Positions 39,217-48,983 are shown, numbered from the stretch's first letter. The stretch is 64,000 nt of DNA from Acidobacteriota bacterium (GCA_965217775.1 CBDCJH010000002.1:3136001-3200000); one strand, 5' to 3'. Notes: generated by a model from the letters alone, not told the origin. Numbers and translations are program-made.

Positions 39217-40338
39217 TTATTTGTCGGGCCTGATGAAGAAGACGTACTCGTTGGTGTCGACTCCCTTGTATTGGATGCTGAAAAGGACCATCAGCTCGTC
39301 GGGCTTCCCATCGTCGTCGGTGTGAATCAGACAGTTGGCGCTGTATCCGTCCCCCCGGCCGGTTTGTTTGCTGACGACGATGGCGCTACCCCAGTTCTCC
39401 CCGTCGGAGGACTCGTAGAGGACGAATCGATCCGAGCCCTCACCGTAGCTTCCGGACCGCCCATGGAGATAGTACCTGCCTCCGATTTGGCCCAGCTCAG
39501 GGTCCCGAACCTTCTGGTCGACCCTTGACTTCCTCTGCTCGGTCCAGGTCCGTCCCTGGTCCTTGCTGATGCAGTAGTAGAAGTTGTACTCGTCTTTCGA
39601 GTGGTAGGCCCCGGCCAGCAATCCGCCGTCCGCCATCAAGGTAATGGCCCCGTACCAGACATCGTCCTGCAGCGGCAGAGTGCTCCGCTTCTGCCAGGAT
39701 CGCCCGTCGTCGGTGCTGACGTACAGAACATGCGGACCGCCGCCATCGGAGTCGTAGATGACGTAGTTGGTGTCGCCGTCGACCGCCGTACCGACGGGGT
39801 AGCCGACATGGATCCCGTCGACGGACTCGTATGCGGTCCAACTCGCGCCCTGGTCGTAACTCCTGATGAAACCGCTCATGGTCCGGCTTCCGCCCAAGAT
39901 GAAATGGGTCACGAAGACGACCACGGTTCCCTTGGAAGTCACCAAACCCGCTTCGATCCAGGCCGGCCGCTTGGGGTCTCTCACGTAGGCCTCGAACGAG
40001 TAGGGGAACCGGTTGTACATGTCCCAGGTCTTGCCGCCGTCGCGGCTCTCGCCATGCTCGCTCCAGCCGTCCAGGTTATGATCGCTGGTGTTCGTGTTGA
40101 AGGCCACGATGCGGCCGTCGGGATACTGCATGCAGACCGGTCCGCCGTGAGAATTCCTGCCGGGAAAGTCGCGCTCCAGGTTGGAGATGACGGTCCCGAA
40201 CACATCTTCCCCCAATTTCGTTGACGGATCGTAGTCGTAGATGACAGCCCCGTCGATGGACTCGTAGTCCTGGGCGAAGGCAGCGCCCGCCGCCAACCCG
40301 AAAACGCAAACCGCCAACAAGAGTTTCTTCACGTTCAT
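39217..40338 (-). CDS. Secreted Asp-box beta-propeller protein (paralog 2, tandem duplicate)
   Basis: Highly similar to 38005-39126, including flanking non-coding sequence. Confidence 0.8.
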   Translation of the reverse strand: MNVKKLLLAVCVFGLAAGAAFAQDYESIDGAVIYDYDPSTKLGEDVFGTVISNLERDFPGRNSHGGPVCMQYPDGRIVAFNTNTSDHNLDGWSEHGESRDGGKTWDMYNRFPYSFEAYVRDPKRPAWIEAGLVTSKGTVVVFVTHFILGGSRTMSGFIRSYDQGASWTAYESVDGIHVGYPVGTAVDGDTNYVIYDSDGGGPHVLYVSTDDGRSWQKRSTLPLQDDVWYGAITLMADGGLLAGAYHSKDEYNFYYCISKDQGRTWTEQRKSRVDQKVRDPELGQIGGRYYLHGRSGSYGEGSDRFVLYESSDGENWGSAIVVSKQTGRGDGYSANCLIHTDDDGKPDELMVLFSIQYKGVDTNEYVFFIRPDK

Positions 40339-40797
40339 CTATCGCTCCTTCTGTTTCTGTCCCATTGGAACCGGATATCCAGACGTGATTCGGAGATTAA
40401 CACCCCCATGGCAGAATTTCGAATTGGACCCTGAATCTCACATCGTTAGTCAGCGAAGCGTGCCGGTCCTGTGAGCACGAGATCGGTCCGGTGCAAGAGG
40501 CGGCGAACTTGCAGCCGCCGAGTTCCCTTCGTCCAATAAACCCAGTCTCTCGAACCCATCCCAAGGTGTCACGCCCGATTCCTTGTTCCTCGTTTCTGTT
40601 CAACCGCAACATGACATCTTTCCCGCAATTGACGCGACAGGCTGCCGCGCCGCGGCTGTCGCAAGCCCCGAATCCATTGGAAAAGTGCAGTTTGGAATGA
40701 GCATTGCATGTAGCCAATGGCCTTCCGCCAACTACGGCGGATCTTTCGTTCGAGCGGGTCGGTTCGAATTGGACGCGTGCTAAACTGGAAAGAAAAT

Positions 40798-41388
40798 ATG
40801 GCGACAACCCCTGAGACTTCCACCAAGACCGAATCGGCCGGAACACTGTTCCAAGCTCTGCGGAACGCGGGCGTCGAGCCTGACTTGGCCTACCGAGCCG
40901 ACGACGAGGTGCGAAATCGTGCCGGCCAGAACGTGATCTCCGTCATCGGCGCAAAGATGGACGCCAAGACCAAGGAACTTGGCACCCGAATGGATGCTCA
41001 GGCGAAGGAACTTGGCACCCGAATGGATGCTCAGGCCACGGCCCTGGAGACCAGGATCGACCAACAGGGCGCGGAACTCCATGCGAAGATCGACACCAGG
41101 ACGGAGGAGCTTGCCACCCGAATGGATGCTCAGGCCACGGCCCTGGAGACCAGGATCGACAAACAGGGGATGGAACTCAATGCGGACATCAAGGAGCTTG
41201 GCGCCGGAATGGATGCTCAGACGGCAGCAATAGGGGCCAGGATTGACGCTCAAGCTGTCCAAATCGCGTCGAACGGGGCCCGAATCGACGATCTCCGTGT
41301 ATTGATGTTGCGGGTGATCTGGCCTCTGATCATACTCTTGGCCGTTCCAATATTTGGTGAACTCTACAGAACGCTCTCGGCACGGTAG
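40798..41388 (+). CDS. Coiled-coil protein with 11-aa repeats and C-terminal TM helix (DUF1640/CCDC90-like)
   Basis: LFQALRNAGVEPDLA head; 33-bp repeats KELGTRMDAQA / TALETRIDQQG; hydrophobic tail VIWPLIILLAVPIF. Confidence 0.7.
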   Translation: MATTPETSTKTESAGTLFQALRNAGVEPDLAYRADDEVRNRAGQNVISVIGAKMDAKTKELGTRMDAQAKELGTRMDAQATALETRIDQQGAELHAKIDTRTEELATRMDAQATALETRIDKQGMELNADIKELGAGMDAQTAAIGARIDAQAVQIASNGARIDDLRVLMLRVIWPLIILLAVPIFGELYRTLSAR

Positions 41389-41500
41389 GAGCGGCGACTT
41401 TCTTGTCGCCGAACTCCAGAGCAACATCGTCGCGGCGAGCCCACGGGTGCACGTCGGGATGAACGCGTTGAAATGGGGGACTAACAGTCCACCCTCCTAT
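41385..41500. repeat. REP/REPIN-like double palindrome (family 2)
   Basis: GTAGGAG-cggcgac-tttctt-gtcgccg ... ggac-taaca-gtcc-accctcctat; GTAG overlaps the stop of 40798-41388. Confidence 0.6.
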
Positions 41501-41511
41501 GCCCGCAACCT

Positions 41512-42546
41512 TTACCCCGCGACCCGCCGAAAGACCCTCAAAAAATTCCCGCCCATTATCTTCCGAATCGCAGCGTCCCCGTACCCGAGTTCCAGCAGCC
41601 CCTCGACAAACCGTGGAGTCTCGCCAACATCCCCGAAACCAGCGGGACGGAACCCCGTCTGATCCAAAAAGTCGGTTCCAAACCCGACGTGATCGGGCCC
41701 CACCAGGCGAACCATGTGATCGACATGCCGGAGCATCATCTCCAAACTGGGCCGCTCCCGCGTTGGCCCCAGCGGAAAGGGACTCGGACAAATGATCCCC
41801 CCGGTTTCGGCCACAGCCCGGATCTGCTCATCGGTCAGATACCTCACCGTGTCCCGGAGCGACCGGGCGTTTCCATGGGAGGCAATCACAGGCGCAGTCG
41901 AGACCTCCAGCGTGTCCCAGAAGCTCTCCGCGACCATGTGGGTGACGTCCACCAACATTCCCAGCCGGTTCATCTCACGGACGACCCGCCTGCCGTCCGC
42001 ACTCAGTCCTCCCCGGGCGTCGATCACGGGATCGTAGACCCGCATGGTCGAATCCTCCCAGACCTGCGTCGCCACGCCCATCGCGTTCCGACCCTCATGG
42101 ACGAGGCCGACATGCCGTAGACCGGCCTCGTAAAGCGCCCGGAGCCGTCCCAGATCTCCCCGGAGCGCATCTCCTCCCTCGAGTCCCAACACGAAGGCGG
42201 TCTTCGACTCTGCCGCCGCCCCCTCGATGTCCCCGGCGGTCCGGGCCAGCACTACGTGTTCCCCCGCTTCTCCCTCCAACTCCCGGTGGACGTAATCCAG
42301 CATCTTCATGACGTCCCGAAAGGGCTGCCGGCTGCCATGGGGCCCGCCGACCCGGACGTCGGGCATCCAGCAGGCCGTCAACTGGGCAGACACGCCGCCC
42401 GCGCGCATCAGCGGCACGTCGGTGAGCCCTCCCAGAGACTCATGCAACCGACGGCCCGAATCGGCGGCCATGTCCAGGAAATGGCCGTGGGCGTCGATGA
42501 TGATCGAGTCTTGCAGGATCGTTTCCGCGGACAGAGTGGGTGTCAT
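41512..42546 (-). CDS. Membrane dipeptidase (M19) family protein
   Basis: IIDAHGH, LGLEGG, EMNRLGMLVDVTH, ASHGN, DHVGFGTDF, MGGNFLR. Confidence 0.92.
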   Translation of the reverse strand: MTPTLSAETILQDSIIIDAHGHFLDMAADSGRRLHESLGGLTDVPLMRAGGVSAQLTACWMPDVRVGGPHGSRQPFRDVMKMLDYVHRELEGEAGEHVVLARTAGDIEGAAAESKTAFVLGLEGGDALRGDLGRLRALYEAGLRHVGLVHEGRNAMGVATQVWEDSTMRVYDPVIDARGGLSADGRRVVREMNRLGMLVDVTHMVAESFWDTLEVSTAPVIASHGNARSLRDTVRYLTDEQIRAVAETGGIICPSPFPLGPTRERPSLEMMLRHVDHMVRLVGPDHVGFGTDFLDQTGFRPAGFGDVGETPRFVEGLLELGYGDAAIRKIMGGNFLRVFRRVAG

Positions 42547-42607
42547 GCGGGCAAGGATACCAACCCCGGTTTATTGTCGGCGAGATCAAGTTTGGTAGCC
42601 GAAGAAT

Positions 42608-45208
42608 CTACTTGAAGCTGAAGGAGTAGAGTCTTGGATACCCCTCGGACCCCACGAGATGAAAGCGCACCTGAAACGCCTCGTCGAGATCGGAAAGACC
42701 CCGGCCTCCCGCCCAGCTGATCCGGTGAGACACGGCATCGCCCCGAAACGGGACGCTGTCGGACCGGTGGAAGCCGGGTAGCGGCCTGCCACTCTCGGGA
42801 TCCAGCAATTCGGCCAGAAGATAGCCCCCTTCGCCACAATCCGCATTGACGTAGAGCTGGGACGCACCACCCGGCTCCACCGGTATGGTGGTCAACGCCG
42901 CACGCTTCCCCGGTTCCACCAGCTCGAGGCGGGTGTAACCGTCGAGCCTCAGAACCGCGACTCCACCCGAGCGCCTTTCCCCGGCCGTTCCCTCGCCGCA
43001 GATCGCTCCGTAGTAGACCTTGATCTCCCGGTCGTCCACCAGCGGCAGAGAGGGAGCGATATGGTCGCAGTCCCAATCCTCGACCGCACCCGAAGGCACC
43101 ACCTTCCGTCCCGGGTCGACGAAAACGAAGTTCTCTCCGTCCCGGCTGAACGCCAGTTCCAGGTCCAGCTCCCGGCCGTTGCGCTGGTACTGGTAGAGGG
43201 AGAGGTAGTAGTCGCCATCCTTCCAGACCACCCAATCGTGAATCTGCTCCACCTTGCCCCCCCTCACCACTGGAATCGCCCGGGCGAAGGGATCGAGCAT
43301 GGGGTTGTCGGGATGGGCGGTCCAGTGGTAGGCGTCCGGGCTGTAGGCGTAGCCGCCGCCTCGGCGAGCCAGGTTCAGAGACGAGAATCCGTATGCCTTG
43401 TAGCGTTTGCCGGGGTCTTTCTCCTCCGGATCGTAGAGGACCGACTGGGGCATGAGGGAGAAGGGGCGCCCCCCCGGAAAAAACATGATGGCCGGTTCGG
43501 GAATCCAGTCGATCCCGTCCCGCGAGGTCGACAGTGTTCCGGCGTTGGTCTCCTGCCACGGATTGTAGCGGCCGACCCGCGCCGCCTGGGCCCGGCTGCC
43601 GTGGGTCGGGAACTTGAGGAGCTTGTAGCGGCGGTTGGGATTCCGAGCGTTTGCGTCCTTGAGCACCATGGGGACATAGGGGGTGTTCCGGAGCAGTTCC
43701 TTTTTCCGGAAGCGGTATCCGTCCGTGCTCTCGGCATATCCCACGCCATACCACTCCCACCAGGGAAGGCTGCGATCCCGCCGCATGGTCGAATACCACA
43801 TGCGATAGACGTTTTCTTCTTTCAATACTCGCAGGAAGTTCCCGGCTCCGTGGACATCCGGATCGCCCTCCTTGCCGGCCTGGATGACAGGATTCCCGGC
43901 GTGTTTCCGAGCCGGATTCAAGCGCAGGCGGAGATTCTCCAACGCCTGCACCTCCGCCAGGTCCAGGAAGAGAACCTTCTTCCCGGGAGACGCCTCCAGC
44001 GAGGGGACGGGAACGGAACGAAGGACCTGTTGATCTCCATGGGTCACCAGAATCTTGATTCCCGGCTCCCCCTCGCCCATCTCCGTCTCCACCGCGAGAC
44101 GTTCGATGGAGAGATGGTTGTCTTCCATGCGGGGCGAGTTCCGGACCAGCTTGGCGGTATTGTGGACGGGACCCCAACCCTGGCCCAGCCACCGGGTGCG
44201 AAAGACATGTTGGCGGGCGCTGTCCACGAAAAACAACCAGGCGACGCCATACCGGTCCAGGGCGAATTGGGGCGAGTGAAAAGTGTGCCAGGCAAAGCGT
44301 GGCCGGGACCGGGTCAGGGGCACGGCCCGCGGCGGCGCCTCTTCGGGAAGAACGGTCATCAGGTGGGAATAGGTATCCTCGTATACGGCCAGTGTCCGTC
44401 CTTGCGTCCGGGTCAGGATCGGTTGGAAGGCGCGGCTCTGCAGGCGCACGACTCTCGCCGCTTTGGGGTCGTCCAATCGGTCCAGCCGCCCGGAGGCGTA
44501 GTACGACTCCTCGTAGATGTCGTGCCAACCCAGGTGGAAACGCTCCTGCTCATCCAGGAAGAGGCTGGCCGGAAAAAGGCCGTCGCCACGGACGATGCGC
44601 CAAGATGACAAACCGCCGTCATGGACACGGCCCAGATGGATCGACACCTGGTGATCCGATATCGACTCGGTCCAGGTGAACCAGACGCTTCCGTCCGCTG
44701 CCGTCGCAATGTCACCGATCCTCGAGTACTCGTCGGCCAGGACCAGCGCTCCGGGAGATTTGGTCTGGGGGTTTTGCCAGAGCAGATCGGTGCCGCCGGC
44801 GCCGGGAAAATCCACGATTGCATATCCGCTGAGTCCGGTCACGGTGCTCCAGACCAGATGGATGCGATCCTGGTGATCCAGACTGATTCCGGCACTGATG
44901 AGGAAACCGCGCTCTTCCAACGGCGGTTCCAGAGCATACGCCGGTCCGAAGTCGCGCAATGATTCAGGCGACGAGCCCTGGGACATTCGCAGAGAGAATC
45001 CGCCGCGGGTTCCGGAACCATTCCGTGGCGACAAGAGAAGGTAGTTGCCCTGGCGATCCCGCACGATCCACTTCCGGACCGATCCCTCCAACTCCTGGCG
45101 CAGCAGAGCGCGGGGAAGAGCGTTGGCATCGGCACTCAACATGGCCCCGATCCCGAGGAAAACGCCGATCCACAAAAGGCTCTCCGTCACCGTCCGCTGC
45201 ATCCACAT
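42608..45208 (-). CDS. Secreted two-module protein: N-terminal propeller-like region + glycosidase-like propeller (paralog 4)
   Basis: Signal peptide after ATG 45208; C-half LFLD..., HAGNPVI, YRMWY, YAESTDG, FSRDG, LRLDGYTRL, LYVNAD...LYSFSF. Confidence 0.68.
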   Translation of the reverse strand: MWMQRTVTESLLWIGVFLGIGAMLSADANALPRALLRQELEGSVRKWIVRDRQGNYLLLSPRNGSGTRGGFSLRMSQGSSPESLRDFGPAYALEPPLEERGFLISAGISLDHQDRIHLVWSTVTGLSGYAIVDFPGAGGTDLLWQNPQTKSPGALVLADEYSRIGDIATAADGSVWFTWTESISDHQVSIHLGRVHDGGLSSWRIVRGDGLFPASLFLDEQERFHLGWHDIYEESYYASGRLDRLDDPKAARVVRLQSRAFQPILTRTQGRTLAVYEDTYSHLMTVLPEEAPPRAVPLTRSRPRFAWHTFHSPQFALDRYGVAWLFFVDSARQHVFRTRWLGQGWGPVHNTAKLVRNSPRMEDNHLSIERLAVETEMGEGEPGIKILVTHGDQQVLRSVPVPSLEASPGKKVLFLDLAEVQALENLRLRLNPARKHAGNPVIQAGKEGDPDVHGAGNFLRVLKEENVYRMWYSTMRRDRSLPWWEWYGVGYAESTDGYRFRKKELLRNTPYVPMVLKDANARNPNRRYKLLKFPTHGSRAQAARVGRYNPWQETNAGTLSTSRDGIDWIPEPAIMFFPGGRPFSLMPQSVLYDPEEKDPGKRYKAYGFSSLNLARRGGGYAYSPDAYHWTAHPDNPMLDPFARAIPVVRGGKVEQIHDWVVWKDGDYYLSLYQYQRNGRELDLELAFSRDGENFVFVDPGRKVVPSGAVEDWDCDHIAPSLPLVDDREIKVYYGAICGEGTAGERRSGGVAVLRLDGYTRLELVEPGKRAALTTIPVEPGGASQLYVNADCGEGGYLLAELLDPESGRPLPGFHRSDSVPFRGDAVSHRISWAGGRGLSDLDEAFQVRFHLVGSEGYPRLYSFSFK

Positions 45209-45443
45209 GGCAAATCTCTCCTGGTTGGCGGGTTCTATTATTCCCCAGAACCGCCACCGATGGGTAAGGACACTCTCCCGAGTTTCTCTTCCCTGGGACG
45301 ACAGTGCATGAACGGGCCTCCGCAGCAGATCGCTCCGACGTCCTCGAGACCGTAGTGATATTTTGGCTCCCGCAGTGGCCGGGACCGGATCTCCGATGCA
45401 GCCTGAGGCGTCCCGATCCTGAACCGTAGGAGGAACGCGATCG

Positions 45444-46433
45444 ATGCCCAGACCAAACATCCTGGACCGACTCAACGACGGCCAGACACTGCTGCTGGAC
45501 GGCGGCACCGGCTCCGAGCTGCAAAGACGCGGCGTCGATGTCCTTCTGGGAGCGACGGACGGCCTGAAGGCTTGGTCGGCGACCGCGAACATCGAATTCG
45601 CCGACGTCGTGCAACAGGTTCATCAGGACTATCTGCGGGTCGGGGCCGACATCATCACCAGCAACAACTTCTGGACGGGGCCCACCCGGCTGGAGCGCTG
45701 CGGGTTGGGCGGGGAGTGGAGACGTTACGCGCGGGCGGCCGCCGAGAATGCGCTGAAGGCCCGCGACAAGCTCAACCCCGCAGCTTATGTGGCCGGCGGA
45801 ATCGCGGCGCCCACCTTACAGGGACCGCCGGAATCGAGCCCGGTGTCCGACACCCGGCAGATGGGGCGGGAGGCCTGCTTCCGGGAGTGGGCGGAACACG
45901 CCAGGCTCCTGGTCGAGATGGGAGTGGACTTGATCCAGGCCGAATACGTGGGCTTCATCGAGGACTGCCTGACCGCTGTCGACGCCTGTTCCGACGCCGG
46001 CGCAACGGTGTTTCTGGGCATTCGGCATCTCCGGGCGGACGGCACCATGCAATACGGCGAGCGGCTGGAAGACTTGGCCGAGGCTCTGGAGGGACGCCCC
46101 GTGGGGGCGGTCCTGCTGATGTGCAGCAACCCGGAGGCAATCTCCGTCGGATTGCCCCGGCTCCGGGGGGCTTTCTCCGGTCCGGTCGGGGCTTATCCCA
46201 ACCTGGGGTACAACCCAACCGGGCCCTTGGTCAACCGCCCCATGCTGAGCAACCAGAAGGTCAGTACGGGTCCCGACATTCTGCAGAACGCCGAATACTA
46301 TCCCTCACGGATGGCCGAGTTCGCACTGAACTGGAAGCGGATGGGAGCCCGGATTATCGGCGGTTGCTGCGCCTCGGGGCCCGAGCACATCGGCGCCATG
46401 CGGCCGGTGGTCAAGGGGCATGGCGGAGCTTGA
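45444..46433 (+). CDS. Homocysteine S-methyltransferase family protein
   Basis: LLDGGTGSELQRRG, HQDYLRVGADII, Zn ligands LMC and IIGGCC. Confidence 0.92.
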   Translation: MPRPNILDRLNDGQTLLLDGGTGSELQRRGVDVLLGATDGLKAWSATANIEFADVVQQVHQDYLRVGADIITSNNFWTGPTRLERCGLGGEWRRYARAAAENALKARDKLNPAAYVAGGIAAPTLQGPPESSPVSDTRQMGREACFREWAEHARLLVEMGVDLIQAEYVGFIEDCLTAVDACSDAGATVFLGIRHLRADGTMQYGERLEDLAEALEGRPVGAVLLMCSNPEAISVGLPRLRGAFSGPVGAYPNLGYNPTGPLVNRPMLSNQKVSTGPDILQNAEYYPSRMAEFALNWKRMGARIIGGCCASGPEHIGAMRPVVKGHGGA

Positions 46434-46441
46434 TCGCCAGA

Positions 46442-46533
46442 GCCTCAGTCTTCGGTATCGGATAAGTCGAAGCGCTGCACCACCCGGCCCAATTCGGCCA
46501 AGGGGATCAAGCGCTCCAGATCGAACTCAGGAA
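46442..46533 (-). repeat. Duplicate of the last ~29 codons of the 48984-50975 gene (partner 48981-49072)
   Basis: 92 bp gap-free alignment, 11 mismatches, with a 41 bp identical core (46493-46533 = 49032-49072); both copies end in TGA in frame. Confidence 0.95.
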
Positions 46534-46542
46534 AGCAAGCAT

Positions 46543-46565
46543 GAGAAGGGGACAGTCACCTTCTC
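46543..46565 (+). repeat. Quasi-palindrome GAGAAGGGGACAGTCACCTTCTC (copy 1)
   Basis: 11 bp arms with one mismatch; first 18 bp identical at 47833 and 48833. Confidence 0.85.
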
Positions 46566-46568
46566 CCC

Positions 46569-46615
46569 GCGGGCACCGAGCGCGCGCGGGCACCGAGCGC
46601 GCGGGCACCGAGCGC
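46569..46615 (+). repeat. Tandem repeat 3 x GCGGGCACCGAGCGC
   Basis: Direct reading of the sequence. Confidence 0.85.
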
Positions 46616-46686
46616 GGATACTCTCTCGGAAAATGCTCCCCCGACAGCGTCCCGCCGACGGTCGTTGTGGTAGCTTAAGCTTACTC

Positions 46687-47820
46687 TTGAAGCTCCTGAA
46701 ACTTCACGCGAATCGCTACCGCAGCCTTCTTGATCAGACTATCGAGCTGAACGATTTCAATCTGTTCATCGGCTCTAATGCAGCGGGCAAGAGCACCATT
46801 CTCGACGCGCTCCGTTTCTTGAGTGAAGCCGTGCAGGCGCGCGATTTTCGAGAACCGGTATTCACACGGGGCGGCTTTATCCACTTGGCATGGAAGGGAG
46901 CGGGGGCGCAGCAGCAGATTGAACTGAACGTCCACCTCGAAGACGACGACAGGAGGTTCGAATGGGAACTCTATCTCGTCCGGCGCAGATTCGGGTTTTA
47001 CACCGAAGAGTATGTCAACGAGTTGCATCATGACCGTCCGCCAGAGCGTCTGCTGGAGGCCAAGATTGGTAGCGGCTGGTGGTGGTCTGGAGAACAAGGC
47101 AAAGTCGCGTTGAAACAGGGACCGACATCATGCGCTCTGACCGCAGCGGCAGCCGATGCATCCTTTCGGGCTCGAGACGTGGCCGAGTTCATCAGCCGTT
47201 GGGGTTTCTTCGATCCCCATCCGTTTTTGCTCCGTCGCGATTGGACAGGACTGGATTCAGGAAGGTTCGACCACTATGGCCGCAATCTGGGCGGGACGCT
47301 GCATGCGCTCAACGCCGATTCTCCAGAGACATTCGACCGCGTCGTGGAAACGACACGGTCGATTCTCGGACTTCCCGTGACCATAGAGCCGCGAGAATCC
47401 GAAGATCGCTTCTATTTTATCCAGAAGGAGCCGGGGCTTGAGTGGCCGGTGCACCAGATGGGAGCATCCAGCGGAACGTTGCGCTTGTTGGCACTGATGA
47501 CGGCGCTGCACTCGGAGTCCGAAACAAATCTGATCGGAATCGAGAAGGCTGAGAACTACATCCATCCGACAGCGCTGTCTGCGTTCCTGGATCACCTTCA
47601 GAGTGAGGGTCACCGCGTCCAGTTCCTAGTGACGACCCACTCTCCGCTGCTACTCGACTTTCTGAACAAACCGGAAGCGGTTCGCGTCGTCCGGCGCGAT
47701 TCCCAAAGGGGCACAACGGTCTTGAGTCAGGAGAATCCGGAACGCGTGCGCAGGGCATTGAACGAGTCCGGATTCGGTCTCGGAGAGTTCTACGAAACGA
47801 AGGGATTCGGCAGCGACTAG
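46687..47820 (+). CDS. ABC-type AAA_21/AbiEii-like ATPase (defence-associated family)
   Basis: MKLLKLHANRYRSL, Walker A GSNAAGKS, signature SSGTLR, degenerate Walker B IEKAENYIHP, H-loop TTHSP. Confidence 0.85.
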   Translation: MKLLKLHANRYRSLLDQTIELNDFNLFIGSNAAGKSTILDALRFLSEAVQARDFREPVFTRGGFIHLAWKGAGAQQQIELNVHLEDDDRRFEWELYLVRRRFGFYTEEYVNELHHDRPPERLLEAKIGSGWWWSGEQGKVALKQGPTSCALTAAAADASFRARDVAEFISRWGFFDPHPFLLRRDWTGLDSGRFDHYGRNLGGTLHALNADSPETFDRVVETTRSILGLPVTIEPRESEDRFYFIQKEPGLEWPVHQMGASSGTLRLLALMTALHSESETNLIGIEKAENYIHPTALSAFLDHLQSEGHRVQFLVTTHSPLLLDFLNKPEAVRVVRRDSQRGTTVLSQENPERVRRALNESGFGLGEFYETKGFGSD

Positions 47821-47832
47821 TGAGAAGGGCGT

Positions 47833-47855
47833 GAGAAGGGGACAGTCACCTTTTC
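47833..47855 (+). repeat. Quasi-palindrome copy 2
   Basis: GAGAAGGGGACAGTCACCTTTTC, 12 bp after the ATPase stop, preceded by partial duplicate TGAGAAGGGCG. Confidence 0.85.
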
Positions 47856-47997
47856 CGTGTCATTCAGAGCGGGTAGGGCGGGCACTGTCAAGCCGGAGGA
47901 CTCTCGACCTCAAGCGTCCATTTGCAGTATCGTGCCCAATTCGGGAAATGATACCGCACGCAGGCTGGCGAGGCTCGGCTTCCTCGCCGATAGGACG

Positions 47998-48396
47998 GTG
48001 AGAGCTCTGGAAAACCTGAAGATCACTGATTTGATCGGCCGCGCGCCGTGGCGTGAAGCCGTCACCTACAGGAACACGTGGCCCCACGAGTACGTCCTCA
48101 GCCGCAAGGACGGTCAGCGTGAGTTGATCGAGTTGGTCGGTGCCCGCTTCCGCGCCGACGAAGGCGTTGCCGGCACCTTCTTCGGGAGGCCCAACACCTA
48201 CCTGTTCATCGGCGACTACAAGTACTGGCTCATGACTCACTGGGACGCAGTCGACCTCGACGACGGGCAAAACTACGTGCTGAACCGGGCGCCCCTGTAT
48301 CGCGACCGGCGCGACTTCGTGATTCAGCCGGGCGATACAGGCAAGCGCGACGATTACCCCTCCAAACCCGCTCGGTCAAGTCGACGCGCGGATTGA
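47998..48396 (+). CDS. Hypothetical protein (W..A.TY...PHEY...YKYW.M...LNR pattern)
   Basis: Protein-like composition with aromatic motifs; start uncertain (47857 or 47998). Confidence 0.6.
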   Translation: MRALENLKITDLIGRAPWREAVTYRNTWPHEYVLSRKDGQRELIELVGARFRADEGVAGTFFGRPNTYLFIGDYKYWLMTHWDAVDLDDGQNYVLNRAPLYRDRRDFVIQPGDTGKRDDYPSKPARSSRRAD

Positions 48397-48523
48397 CGCT
48401 GAAGGATGCAGACAAGGCCCGGGGGGGCACCGGCGAGCGGCCCAGCGACGCGCCAGTCGCCCACGGGGAGCCGTCAGGGCCGTGTAGCACCCGGTCGTAT
48501 GTCCACTGCCGGTACGCGACGCC

Positions 48524-48669
48524 TCACTCCAGCACCTTGAACACCCCGTCTTGGGCATCCGCGTAGTACTCGATGTTCACCGTCGTCCAGAGCTCGTCCG
48601 GCAGGTTCATCAGCTCGCGGCGGGATCCCACCGACATCAGCAGGACAGCCGCTGCTTGTCCACGGCCAA
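48524..48669 (-). pseudogene. C-terminal fragment resembling BREX Lon-like protease BrxL
   Basis: LAVDKQ/(frameshift)AAVLLMSVGSRRELMNLPDELWTTVNIEYYADAQDGVFKVLE* resembles the BrxL C-terminus as I recall it. Confidence 0.55.
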
Positions 48670-48720
48670 GGCGGTGGGGCAGGCCGCCGATGCGGGCGGA
48701 CCGCGAGGCACCAGGAGGGA

Positions 48721-48832
48721 ATGCGGTCTGGTGGTCGACCCCTTTCCTTGACGCTGTGAAGGACGCGCTGGTGCGCGGCGGCCACATCGAGCTCTGGGGC
48801 TTCGGCACCTTCACAGGAAATGAACGACGCGG
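48721..48832 (+). pseudogene. HU/IHF family DNA-binding protein internal fragment
   Basis: VVD/(frameshift)FLDAVKDALVRGGHIELWGFGTF; similarity ends at the third quasi-palindrome. Confidence 0.75.
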
Positions 48833-48855
48833 GAGAAGGGGACAGTCACCATCTC
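48833..48855 (+). repeat. Quasi-palindrome copy 3
   Basis: GAGAAGGGGACAGTCACCATCTC. Confidence 0.85.
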
Positions 48856-48983
48856 TGCGTCGGCGTGGGACCAACAGCTTTCCGGCCGCCGGTTCTGCGT
48901 CGGTGATGAAGACGGGGACAAGATTGTCCCCGCTCCCAGGGCGCCCGGAATATCGGAGGCTGCCGCGCTTCAGAGCCGACGCC

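Noticed and set aside
40939-41260. CRISPR-like 33-bp repeats
   Set aside because: Contiguous in-frame coding repeats without unique spacers.
45209-45443. SAM or cobalamin riboswitch upstream of the homocysteine methyltransferase
   Set aside because: Only a simple hairpin (ggcgggttct/agaaccgcc) is visible, with no consensus I can recognise; an Rfam scan would settle it.
46543-48855. CRISPR array or integron cassette array
   Set aside because: Repeat spacing is 1290 and 1000 bp, there are no cas or intI genes, and no attC-type RYYYAAC/GTTRRRY ends were seen.
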